The notes beneath the pieces were generated by a model. That model ran no database searches. It was not told the DNA's origin and saw only the letters and a program-made list of their open reading frames with translations. Below are positions 18,993 to 27,620 of a stretch of DNA of 30,086 bases, piece after piece. Within the stretch, counting starts at the first letter, position 1. The number at the start of each line of letters is the position of its first letter. A program made the position numbers and the translations under genes. The stretch lies in the NCBI GenBank assembly GCA_046483305.1, contig JAWODM010000044.1, positions 1 to 30,086 on the forward strand, in the 5' to 3' direction. The DNA comes from Candidatus Krumholzibacteriales bacterium. GTDB taxonomy: Bacteria > Krumholzibacteriota > Krumholzibacteriia > Krumholzibacteriales > WJIX01.

Positions 18993-20102
18993 ATGAATAT
19001 AACAATTCTGGAACCTTATTTTACAGGAAGCCATGCCCGGTGGGCTGAAGGTTACGTGTCCCACAGCGGGCACCGGGTCCGTCTGCTGACTCTTCCGGGA
19101 AGGCACTGGAAATGGCGGATGCACGGCGGCGCGGTCACCCTGGCCGGCAGGTTCCGCGAGGAGGGGCTGACGCCCGATATTATTATCGCCACCGATATGC
19201 TGGACCTGACCACCTTTATCTCACTGGCCGGGAAGCGCATGAGAGGCATAAGATCAGCTGTTTACTTTCACGAGAATCAGCTCTCCTATCCCTGGCCGGA
19301 GGATGACCCCGACACCCTGTCCGGCCGGGATGCGCACTACGGATTCATTAACGTTACCTCCGCCCTGGCTGCCGATGCGGTGATTTTCAATTCTGCATAC
19401 CACCGGGATTCATTTCTGAAAAATCTGCGTCCCTTCCTGGAGAGGTTCCCCGACTATAACCTCTTTGAAACTGAATCCGTAATAAGGGACCGGAGCAGCG
19501 TGCTGCACCTGGGAGTGGACCTCAGGAAGCTGGACAGCTTCAGGGAGAAAAGGGCTCCGGGTTGCCCGCCCCTGATCCTATGGAACCACCGCTGGGAGTA
19601 CGATAAGAACCCGGAAGAGTTTTTCAGGGCTCTCTTCATACTGGCGAGTGAGGGCCTGGATTTCCGGGTGGCGCTGCTGGGAGAATCGTTCAGCGAAGTG
19701 CCCGCTGTCTTCTCCAGGGCTATCAGGGAGCTTGGTTCCCGGATCGTTCATTCGGGATACCTCCCGGACCGGGGCGAGTATGCTGCCTGGCTGTGGAAGG
19801 CCGATATCCTGCCGGTAACCTCATTTCATGATTTTTTCGGAGCAGGAGTAGTTGAAGCCATGTACTGCAACTGCTGCCCGGTTCTTCCCCTGAGGCTGGC
19901 CTACCCGGAGCATATCCCCGCATCCCGCAGGAATGAATTCTTCTACAGGACCTTCGGCGAACTGGTAAATATGCTGAGATACCGTATTGAGAATATGGAA
20001 GAAACCAGGAAGGTCCGGACCAGGGAGTTTGTGGCCGGGTATGACTGGGAAACTGCCGCGCCTGCTTACGACAGATTCTTCGGAAGGTTATCAGGGGGCT
20101 GA
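18993..20102 (+). CDS. DUF3524/GTDC1-like GT-B glycosyltransferase
   Basis: EPYFTGSH, TLPGRHWKWRM, YFHENQLSYP, HYGFIN..SALAADAVIFNS, WNHRWEYDKNP, HDFFG..VVEA and RLAYPE match the GTDC1 family pattern. Confidence 0.88.
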   Translation: MNITILEPYFTGSHARWAEGYVSHSGHRVRLLTLPGRHWKWRMHGGAVTLAGRFREEGLTPDIIIATDMLDLTTFISLAGKRMRGIRSAVYFHENQLSYPWPEDDPDTLSGRDAHYGFINVTSALAADAVIFNSAYHRDSFLKNLRPFLERFPDYNLFETESVIRDRSSVLHLGVDLRKLDSFREKRAPGCPPLILWNHRWEYDKNPEEFFRALFILASEGLDFRVALLGESFSEVPAVFSRAIRELGSRIVHSGYLPDRGEYAAWLWKADILPVTSFHDFFGAGVVEAMYCNCCPVLPLRLAYPEHIPASRRNEFFYRTFGELVNMLRYRIENMEETRKVRTREFVAGYDWETAAPAYDRFFGRLSGG

Positions 20103-20122
20103 GAGTCAGGGCGGCAATAGGT

Positions 20123-20152
20123 TTGACAGGCCGGGAGAGGGTGTGGTATTTT
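20123..20152 (+). promoter_or_regulatory. Putative sigma70 promoter for the lipoprotein gene
   Basis: TTGACA-N18-TATTTT with TG extension, 45 bp upstream of the ATG. Confidence 0.55.
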
Positions 20153-20196
20153 CCCGGCACGGTGTAAATTTAAATCTCTTAACAGAAGGAGGAGAG

Positions 20197-21090
20197 ATGA
20201 TTATTGGAATGAGACGCAGAGTTGTATTTGCTCTGGCCATTGCCGCCCTGGCGCTGATGTCCGCCTGCAGTGGAGAAGATGGGGCGATGGGACCGGCCGG
20301 GCCACCCGGCCCGGTGGAGCCGACCATATACGGTCTGGTGGTAAGGAGTAATTATGAAGCGTATTACGATGTAACCGAACTGATCAACTGTCATGCGTAC
20401 GTAAATGTTTCCAACATATACACTGTTCCCTACGTAGCAGTTAACGGCAGGGAGCTGTCTCCCTTTGTGGAGGGAATAGTTTATGCCAACGGATTGAATT
20501 ACTGGAGCGGGATTTTCCTGGATATGGGAGAAGATGCCACTCTGAATCTGGATTATCAGGATGACGGCAATGATAAGAGCGCCGGAGCCACCGTGGCGGT
20601 TCCCGACACATTCGATCTGCTCTCTTCGGACGGAGACACTTTTCCGGTAGTCATATCACCGGGGGGAAGCTTCACCATGGAGTGGGAAAGCGCCCCGGGC
20701 GCCGATAATTACTGGCTGATGATTGATTATAACGGAAGCTATATGGATACCGGGGGTAACAGTATCGAATTTTACCGGGAGAAATCCATAGTGGTTCCGG
20801 ATACTACCTATACCCTGTACGGAGCGGATATATTTCCCGACAGGGATGATATAGATTACTATACTTCCTTCGGAGGCAGGGTTTACATATACGGCGCCAG
20901 CGGACCCATGGCTGAGGGAGACCAATCCAACATAGAGGGCGATGCCACCGGTATGTTCAGGGGAATTACCGAATGTTCGAGAAATGTCAGATTCGGTATG
21001 CTGATACCTATTTCGGCGGAGACTGACCGCCAGGAGATTGAAGAGCCTGGAATTGACGATCTGATACGCAGGTTCATGCCGGCAAGGTAA
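20197..21090 (+). CDS. Hypothetical lipoprotein with short collagen-like linker (297 aa)
   Basis: RBS AAGGAGGAG before ATG 20197, so the ORF-track start at 19987 is too long. Lipobox MSA-C is followed by GEDGAMGPAGPPGP, then an acidic beta-rich body. Confidence 0.8.
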   Translation: MIIGMRRRVVFALAIAALALMSACSGEDGAMGPAGPPGPVEPTIYGLVVRSNYEAYYDVTELINCHAYVNVSNIYTVPYVAVNGRELSPFVEGIVYANGLNYWSGIFLDMGEDATLNLDYQDDGNDKSAGATVAVPDTFDLLSSDGDTFPVVISPGGSFTMEWESAPGADNYWLMIDYNGSYMDTGGNSIEFYREKSIVVPDTTYTLYGADIFPDRDDIDYYTSFGGRVYIYGASGPMAEGDQSNIEGDATGMFRGITECSRNVRFGMLIPISAETDRQEIEEPGIDDLIRRFMPAR

Positions 21091-21114
21091 GGAATAACCG
21101 TAATGGATGATAAA

Positions 21115-21149
21115 GGTGCCGGAAGGCAGATGATCGGTCTTCCGGCACC
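21115..21149. terminator. Hairpin between convergent genes, probable bidirectional terminator
   Basis: GGTGCCGGAAG (21115-21125) is the perfect inverted repeat of CTTCCGGCACC (21139-21149). U-tails are weak. Confidence 0.65.
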
Positions 21150-21168
21150 CTCTATGATTGTTTGTTTA

Positions 21169-21882
21169 TTACTGCTCCAGCAGCCAGGCGCCTTTCTCGA
21201 ACTCTCTCTGTACTCTGCGAAGCTCCCTGACCGCTTCGTCCTTATTGTTGAAAGAACCGTAGGTTACGGCTGTCATCTTTCCGTCCATTATGGGGATGGT
21301 TTTTGAATCCACTCCCCTCTCTATCAGTTTCTTGCTGAAATTTGTTGCGTTGGTTCTGTTTTCGAAAGAGCCAACCACAATGTGGTATTTGTACCTGGGC
21401 GCAACCGCCTTCTCCTGCTCGGGTTCCTTCTCCACGGGCTCCCTGGCTTCGGTCTCAGCGCCTGCCGCGGTTTCCTCTTCGGCGGGCGGGATATCTTCAG
21501 CCGCGGTTTCTTCTTCAACCACCGGTATCGATTCCACCTCAGCCGCAGTGCTGTCCCGGCCGGGCTGTTCCGGGACTGCGAGGATGCTGTCTATCATTGC
21601 TATTCTCCGCCCGGATACCGGGTCGTCGGGCTGGCTTTCCATGGCCTCCATATACAGCTCCCGGGCCTGTTCATAATTTTCCCGGTTGAATTCAGTGTTG
21701 GCCCGGGCTACCAGCTCGTAATACTCGCTGTCTATTTCATCATCGCCGCCGCTGAGAACGAAGATTATTACCACCGCTATTACCACCACCAATGGGACCA
21801 GCCAGATCAGGGTCTTCTTCAATCCCCCTCCGCCGGAAATATCTCCTTCGCCCATGTGGGTTATTTTGGGGTCCTCGCTCAT
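21169..21882 (-). CDS. Membrane-anchored SPOR-domain protein with TPR-like helical hairpin
   Basis: RBS GGAGGTG, single N-terminal TM, TPR-like ARANTEFNRENYEQARELY, acidic linker, SPOR domain YHIVVGSFENRTNA...VTYGSF...EA...GAWL. Confidence 0.85.
   Translation of the reverse strand: MSEDPKITHMGEGDISGGGGLKKTLIWLVPLVVVIAVVIIFVLSGGDDEIDSEYYELVARANTEFNRENYEQARELYMEAMESQPDDPVSGRRIAMIDSILAVPEQPGRDSTAAEVESIPVVEEETAAEDIPPAEEETAAGAETEAREPVEKEPEQEKAVAPRYKYHIVVGSFENRTNATNFSKKLIERGVDSKTIPIMDGKMTAVTYGSFNNKDEAVRELRRVQREFEKGAWLLEQ
21464..21516. repeat. Short intragenic direct repeat (EEETAA x2)
   Basis: gccgcggtttcctcttc (21464-21480) and gccgcggtttcttcttc (21500-21516), one mismatch, in the SPOR linker. 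Confidence 0.7.
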
Positions 21883-21974
21883 TTTACACCTCCAGGGATA
21901 TCATTGAAACAACCATTGCCGGCCGGCAGGAGCATTTATCCATACTGTTTATATGCCGGCCCATATGAATATCA

Positions 21975-22003
21975 AGTCTATTTCTGATAACCGGGGTTGT
22001 CAA
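21975..22003 (-). promoter_or_regulatory. Putative sigma70 promoter for the SPOR gene
   Basis: Minus strand reads TTGACA-N17-TAGACT. Confidence 0.55.
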
Positions 22004-22219
22004 CTAAAAGCTATACACAAATTTCCGGGTTAAATTATTTTCTGATAATTTTAATAAGGCCCCCAGAGAAAATCCTGGCTGATTGTAAGGTAACTCTTAG
22101 AGTATGCCATTATTAGCTCCATATCCAGACAGCGCCCTCTCTCTTTGTTAGATGTTTTATTATATGAAGAATATAATGAGTCACCTGATTACTATGGCCG
22201 GATGTCTAAAATATTCAAA

Positions 22220-22236
22220 TGGCATATAATCTGCAT
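22220..22236 (+). promoter_or_regulatory. Putative sigma54 (-24/-12) promoter
   Basis: TGGCATATAATCTGCAT has exact GG-N10-GC spacing and is close to the consensus TGGCAC-N5-TTGCW. It lies about 205 bp upstream of the GT2 gene. Confidence 0.45.
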
Positions 22237-22441
22237 GCCTGCTATTGGAAATCAGACACGATTATTTGCAGGTCTGATTTGCTTTCTCGAGCGGAATCAA
22301 TAGAAGGTTGATAAATATGGTTATAAGTGCTAAACTGGCCTTTATTGCATCATTCCATGTGTAAGTGATTAAAATCAGTATTTTAATTGCCGCAACATTA
22401 ATGTCGGGGTTCAGAATAGTACCTAAAAACACGCAATCAAT

Positions 22442-23374
22442 ATGCAGAATAACAATATTACAATATCAATAGTGAGCCCGTTTTTCAATGAAGAAGAAAT
22501 GGTGGATACATTCGTTGAGAAGATCAGAGAAGTGATGAGTGAAATTGGGAAGAGCTTTGAGATAATCTGCGTAAATGACGGAAGCACTGATAATACGCTT
22601 TCCCGGTTGATAAGGACGAAGAAAACCTGTCCGGATTTGAGAATCATAAATCTATCCAGGAATTTCGGAAAGGAAGCGGCGCTCACAGCAGGCCTGGATC
22701 ATGCCAGGGGGGAGGCAGTAATACCGATAGATGCAGATCTTCAGGACCCTCCAGAACTAATTAAGGAGTTTGTTTCCAATTGGGAAGCAGGGGTCGATGT
22801 CGTTCTGGCACAAAGAATTGACAGGTCTTCGGATAGTGCTGCAAAAAGGATAACAGCCAGATTGTTCTATAAATTGCATAACCGGATATCATATCTTAAA
22901 ATTCCCGCAGACGTTGGGGACTTCAGGTTAATGAGTAAGAGAGTTGTTGAAGCTGTCAGACAGCTCCCCGAAAATCAGAGATTTATGAAGGGTATCTTTT
23001 CCTGGGTGGGATTCAGAACAAAGATAGTGGAATACCAGAGGCCGGAAAGGTCTGCCGGTGCTACGTCATTTAATGGATGGAAACTCTGGAATCTTGCACT
23101 GGAAGGAATTACCGACTTCAGTACGGTCCCGCTTCGTATATGGCTATATATAGGTCTGGTTATATCTTTTCTGTCTTTCATCTTTGGATCCTTCATTATC
23201 CTTAAGACATTGATAACCGGGGTTGATGTGCCGGGATATGCCTCCCTTATTACCATAATCCTTTTTCTGGGGGGCATACAGCTGATAGGGATTGGAATAC
23301 TGGGAGAGTATATCGGAAGAATATATATGGAAGCTAAAAGACGGCCCATTTACGTAGTTGAGAACGAGTATTAA
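22442..23374 (+). CDS. GT2 polyprenol-phosphate glycosyltransferase (GtrB/YfdH-like)
   Basis: SPFFNEEE, VNDGSTD, LSRNFGKEAALTAG, IDADLQDPPE, GDFRLM, RFMKGIFSWVGF, two C-terminal TMs and GEYIGRIY.E.K.RP.Y. Confidence 0.95.
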   Translation: MQNNNITISIVSPFFNEEEMVDTFVEKIREVMSEIGKSFEIICVNDGSTDNTLSRLIRTKKTCPDLRIINLSRNFGKEAALTAGLDHARGEAVIPIDADLQDPPELIKEFVSNWEAGVDVVLAQRIDRSSDSAAKRITARLFYKLHNRISYLKIPADVGDFRLMSKRVVEAVRQLPENQRFMKGIFSWVGFRTKIVEYQRPERSAGATSFNGWKLWNLALEGITDFSTVPLRIWLYIGLVISFLSFIFGSFIILKTLITGVDVPGYASLITIILFLGGIQLIGIGILGEYIGRIYMEAKRRPIYVVENEY

Positions 23375-23388
23375 CATTCTGGCAGCGT

Positions 23389-24129
23389 ATGAAAGATAAA
23401 GTATATCAAGACATGGTCAATCAACAGAGGAACCACTGGTGGTTCAGGGCGCGCAGGAATATACTGGGGATTATACTGGAACAATTTGCGGGAGATGGCT
23501 CGCCCGATATCCTTGAAATTGGATGCGGTACTGGGGGTAATCTTCCGATGCTGAAAAGTCATGGTGGAGTCTCCGCCGTTGAAATGGATGATTTCGCAAT
23601 AAGATACGCGGAAGAATTGACCGGTGTTGAGGTTCTGAAGGGTTGGCTTCCGGATAGTATTCCCTATCGGCGGGAATTCGATATGGTATGTATGTTTGAT
23701 GTTCTTGAACATATAAAAGATGATCGAATGGCACTGAAAGAAATATACAGGCTTATGAGACCTGATGGTTTGCTGATTATTACAGTCCCCGCATATTCCT
23801 GGCTTTTCGGAACTCATGACAGATTACTCAGACATTTCAGGAGGTATTCACGAAAAAAAATAAAAAGGCTTGTCCTTGATTCAGGGTTTTCTATAGAAAA
23901 ACTGAGTTATTTTAACACCTTTCTCTTTCCTATGGCGGTTCTTGCCAGAGTTATCGATATGTTCAGGGGGGGAACGGAGTCGTTGGGATATTCCACTCCG
24001 CCGGAGATTATTAATCGCCCCCTTTTCGCTATATTTAACATGGAAAAGTACATTCTTGGCAGACATAATCTGCCCTTCGGGACTTCCGTACTTGCGGTAT
24101 GCAGAAAGACCCCAGGATCTACGGAGTAA
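23389..24129 (+). CDS. Class I SAM-dependent methyltransferase
   Basis: HWWFRARR, ILEIGCGTG, FDVLEHI, TVPAY.WLFG.HD....HFRRY and LPFGTS. This type is commonly found next to GT2 genes. Confidence 0.92.
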   Translation: MKDKVYQDMVNQQRNHWWFRARRNILGIILEQFAGDGSPDILEIGCGTGGNLPMLKSHGGVSAVEMDDFAIRYAEELTGVEVLKGWLPDSIPYRREFDMVCMFDVLEHIKDDRMALKEIYRLMRPDGLLIITVPAYSWLFGTHDRLLRHFRRYSRKKIKRLVLDSGFSIEKLSYFNTFLFPMAVLARVIDMFRGGTESLGYSTPPEIINRPLFAIFNMEKYILGRHNLPFGTSVLAVCRKTPGSTE

Positions 24130-24131
24130 GT

Positions 24132-25712
24132 ATGAATATTATTATAGAGAAACTGTCTGATTATTATCTTGCGGGAAGCACCTCCCGTGAAAAAATCCTT
24201 TACCTAATTCTTGTGATTGCCGCACTCGCTCCGATATTCATGATGCCGATCGATTACTGGGACGGCAAGATAGTAGGATACGCCTTCAGGAGCAATGATT
24301 TCACCGGACTGAGGACCTGGTTCTTTGAGAGCAGATGGGCTATACAGTATTACCTCTACCAGGGTGTTGGATATATTTCAGGAGCCACCGGGCTTGATTA
24401 TAAAATTATAATCCGGCTTATAGTAATGATCTCCATTCTGGGTATTTCGGCAGAAGTAAAATATCTGGCAGGATCTTTATTGAATATTCCTGACAAGTAC
24501 TTATATCTATCGAGACTTCTGGTATTGGTTTATCCGGCATGGCATGTTCTGGTCTCCAGTGTGCTGGTGATCCATATAATGTGTGTATGGTTCGTTCTGC
24601 TGGGATACAGGCTGATGCGGCAGCGGCAATATGCCGGTCTGTTATTCATAGCGGTATCGCTGCAGCTGAATTCAAATTTTGCCCTTCTGGCGGTCCTTAT
24701 TATTTCCGGTTATATTTCAGACAGATTTATAAGAGGGGATACCGAATCAGGTCTGTTAAAACCTCTTTCCCTTTCATTTCTAGTTGTATTTCTCCTATTA
24801 CTCATAAGGTGGAGATTTCCCGCTTATGGGTTATACGAGGAATACAATAAAATTAGGGCTGACTTAAACATCAAGCCTCTGATATTGATGACTGTTCGTT
24901 ACTTTTCCTTTTATCTTCCTTTAATATCTGTGTATATATTGTTTGCGTTCATCGGGTATTTAAGTGTTTTTAAGAAACTAAAATATATTTTTCATATATC
25001 TGATCTGGCATCCCTATTTTTGATTTTATTTATATATACAGCGGTAACCATACCTTATATTGCGGTGGGCAAGTACACATATTTATATGAATTTAATGGC
25101 TGGACCCACCGCCACCTGTTGTTGGGTATTATTCCGTTTTCCATGTTTATCGCTTTCCTTTATAAGAAAATCCAGAAATTTCAATCCAGTATAAGGTTTT
25201 TGAATTTGTTTCAGGGTTTTGCCGCTGCTGCTACAATAATTATTTCAATTATCATGCTGTATGCTGGTTATCAGGTTAAAGCGGATCAGGCGGTATTCGA
25301 AAGAAGTCTGATAAAAACCCTGCGAACTTCATCCGGCCCTCCTCCCCCCGGGAGTGTGCATGTATCCCTTGATAGAGAACCTCCCTGCCGATTGAGGTGG
25401 TATGAGGCGAACTGTATTTTTCAGAAGGCCTTCGGCAGGGCCTCGTGGATAGTGGAAATTGACACACGCCCCCTGAACGGAGAGTTCGGCAGTGACTATA
25501 GTTTATACTTCTCCACTGATGAATACAGGACCATGTATATCTGTAATGATTTTGAGAAGAAGTATCATACCGATCTGGCGATAAATATTATCGGGAAAAA
25601 CAGGGGCGGATTCTCCAGCTGGATGAATATATTGGGATTATCCTCTCCCCGTTTCTCATTCAAGGTGGAAAAGATAAATTTCTACAGATACGGGGCCGGG
25701 AATACTTCATGA
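24132..25712 (+). CDS. Polytopic membrane protein, putative GT-C (GtrII/GtrC-like) glycosyltransferase
   Basis: ATG 24132 with GGAG RBS, 2 bp after the methyltransferase. About 10-11 TM segments, acidic IDYWDG in the first loop, soluble C-terminal domain; gtrB context. Confidence 0.65.
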   Translation: MNIIIEKLSDYYLAGSTSREKILYLILVIAALAPIFMMPIDYWDGKIVGYAFRSNDFTGLRTWFFESRWAIQYYLYQGVGYISGATGLDYKIIIRLIVMISILGISAEVKYLAGSLLNIPDKYLYLSRLLVLVYPAWHVLVSSVLVIHIMCVWFVLLGYRLMRQRQYAGLLFIAVSLQLNSNFALLAVLIISGYISDRFIRGDTESGLLKPLSLSFLVVFLLLLIRWRFPAYGLYEEYNKIRADLNIKPLILMTVRYFSFYLPLISVYILFAFIGYLSVFKKLKYIFHISDLASLFLILFIYTAVTIPYIAVGKYTYLYEFNGWTHRHLLLGIIPFSMFIAFLYKKIQKFQSSIRFLNLFQGFAAAATIIISIIMLYAGYQVKADQAVFERSLIKTLRTSSGPPPPGSVHVSLDREPPCRLRWYEANCIFQKAFGRASWIVEIDTRPLNGEFGSDYSLYFSTDEYRTMYICNDFEKKYHTDLAINIIGKNRGGFSSWMNILGLSSPRFSFKVEKINFYRYGAGNTS

Positions 25713-26066
25713 TGAATTGAAGTTTACCATAATGCTGCTGATTATTCCGCTCAACCGCTCCTGATTCGAGATGGCTTCTCCGATAGAATCTCCTGTACCT
25801 TTAACTTTTCTTAATGTGGAATTCTCAGATGGGAATGGTACAGTCCACGGCCGATGAACCTTTCTGATTTCCCGGCCATTCGCGGATGGGAGGTGCCTCC
25901 CGGGATGTCCGGGCCGGGGGCCGAAACCGGGTGCGCGAACCGATCTGTAGAATAAGGTCAGCAAAAAGCAGGAACCCCCAATTGTGGTATTATCCGCTGA
26001 GCGATAGGATTATGATGTCGAATATGGATAAGCGCCCAGTATGCAATGAACTTAAGAGAGACAGCC

Positions 26067-26936
26067 ATGGCCGGTAATAAAAATACAAACCGGGAGATAA
26101 GCGGGGAACTTAACCGGATAGCAGACCTTCTGGAGATGAAGGACGGACAGAGCCACCGGATCAGGGCCTACCGGGATGCCGCCAGTCAGATAGAAGATGA
26201 GGAGCAAAATATATCACGGCTGGTTGAGAAGGGAAATGAGGACAAGCTCAGAGAGATCCCGGGGATCGGAGAAAAACTCCAGGGGCTTATCACCGAATTT
26301 GTAAAAACCGGACGAACCGGCCTCCGGAACCGGCTGGAAGGAGAGGCTGATCCGGTGAGCCTGTTCGCGGAAGTTCCCGGAATCGGAAAAAAGATGGCTT
26401 CAAGAATTGCGGAGGAACTGGATATATCCAGCCTGGAGGAATTGGAGCAGGCCGCCCATGACGGGAGGCTGGAAGAGGTGAAAGGTTTCGGAGAACGCCG
26501 GGTGAAAGGCGTAAAATCTGCGCTTGCCGGAATACTCAGCCGCTCGGCCAGGAGAAGAGTCCAGAGCGGCGGTGACGGCGATCTGGACAAACCTCCGGTA
26601 TCATTGCTTCTCGAAACGGATAGGGAATACAGGGAAAAAGCTCAGAATGACGAGCTTAAGAAAATCGCCCCCAGGCGATTTAATCCGGAAGGAGAGAAGT
26701 GGCTCCCCATTATGAAAACCGGCAGGAAGGGATGGAAAATGACCGCTCTCTTTTCCAATACAAAAAGGGCGCATGAACTTGGAAAAACAGACCAGTGGGT
26801 GGTCATTTACTATGAGAAGGGAGATAACAAGGGTCAGGCTACCGTGGTGAACGGGCGCAGCGGCAGGCTCAGAGGACGCCGCGTTGTGAGGGGAAGGGAA
26901 AAGGAATGCAGGGAGTATTACAAGGATAAGACTTGA
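26067..26936 (+). CDS. Helix-hairpin-helix protein: PolX/Pol beta N-terminal region fused to an uncharacterised C-terminal domain
   Basis: NREI...L..IADLLE, HRIRAYRDAA, and three HhH motifs (IPGIGEK, VPGIGKK, VKGFGER). No palm or PHP domain. C-terminus has IAPRRFNP, ALFSNT, WVVIYY and RVVRGRE. Start 26067 or 26046. Confidence 0.85.
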   Translation: MAGNKNTNREISGELNRIADLLEMKDGQSHRIRAYRDAASQIEDEEQNISRLVEKGNEDKLREIPGIGEKLQGLITEFVKTGRTGLRNRLEGEADPVSLFAEVPGIGKKMASRIAEELDISSLEELEQAAHDGRLEEVKGFGERRVKGVKSALAGILSRSARRRVQSGGDGDLDKPPVSLLLETDREYREKAQNDELKKIAPRRFNPEGEKWLPIMKTGRKGWKMTALFSNTKRAHELGKTDQWVVIYYEKGDNKGQATVVNGRSGRLRGRRVVRGREKECREYYKDKT

Positions 26937-27071
26937 ACCCGGGGCGAATAAACCTGCGATATTCAGCGGCTGGAAGAGTTCGATATATTAAATAATTCAG
27001 GGTTCGGACGATTGATATCCGGAAAATAACGATTAAAGAATGATGAGGATCCGATGCTGCCGGAACAGTCT

Positions 27072-27620
27072 CTACCGAAGGTTTCTGAACAGCCGCACAA
27101 AGTCTGATAATTGATAATGGGCGTTGATCCCGCTGGGATTGGGAAGGACCCAGAGTTCAGATCCCTCTATCTTTTCCTTCTGCTTGCCGATGCCGGCCTT
27201 TCTTCTTTCGAAGGCGGTGCGGTAGGCGGTGATTCCCAGAATAACAACCCTGGAGGGCTGGAACTTTGAAACTTTGGACTGCAGAACCTTGCGTCCCTCG
27301 ATCAGTTCTTCTCTCTCCAGTTCGCTTGCCCTGGCGGAAGCGCGGTTAACCAGGTTGGTAATACCGAATCCCTCTTTCAGAAGTTCTTCTTCCTCCCAGG
27401 GTTCAAGAAGCCCGGATGTCAATCCCGATTTATGAAGGGCTTTCCAGAAGCGGTTTCCCGGGCGGGCAAAGTGATGCCCCACTGCGGCGGAATACAATCC
27501 CGGATTGATCCCGCAGAACAGAATATCCAGCCCCTTTCTTATAATATCGGATACTTTTTTACCTCTTGCTGATTCTATCTGGCTGGAGTCAGGTTTACGC
27601 TGGTTATTGGTCCTGTTCAT
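27072..27620 (-). CDS. mug: G/U mismatch-specific DNA glycosylase (UDG family 2)
   Basis: ILFCGINPGL, HHFARPGNRFWKAL, GITNLV and LPNPSGINA. Confidence 0.93.
   Translation of the reverse strand: MNRTNNQRKPDSSQIESARGKKVSDIIRKGLDILFCGINPGLYSAAVGHHFARPGNRFWKALHKSGLTSGLLEPWEEEELLKEGFGITNLVNRASARASELEREELIEGRKVLQSKVSKFQPSRVVILGITAYRTAFERRKAGIGKQKEKIEGSELWVLPNPSGINAHYQLSDFVRLFRNLR

Noticed and set aside
19987..20196. Extended N-terminus of the lipoprotein ORF given in the ORF track
   Set aside because: It overlaps the GTDC1-like gene and contains the promoter and RBS for ATG 20197.
25707..25964. Minus-strand 85-aa ORF containing LRKVKGTGDSIGEAI, reminiscent of an HhH motif
   Set aside because: TTG start without RBS, Pro/Arg/Gly-rich non-coding-like N-terminus, and only one degenerate motif.
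26520..26595. AGILSRSARRR...GDGDLD resembles the PolX palm motif AGSxRR...GDxD
   Set aside because: It follows the third HhH too closely, lies in a low-complexity linker ending in KPP, and the downstream sequence has no palm or thumb features; probably coincidental.
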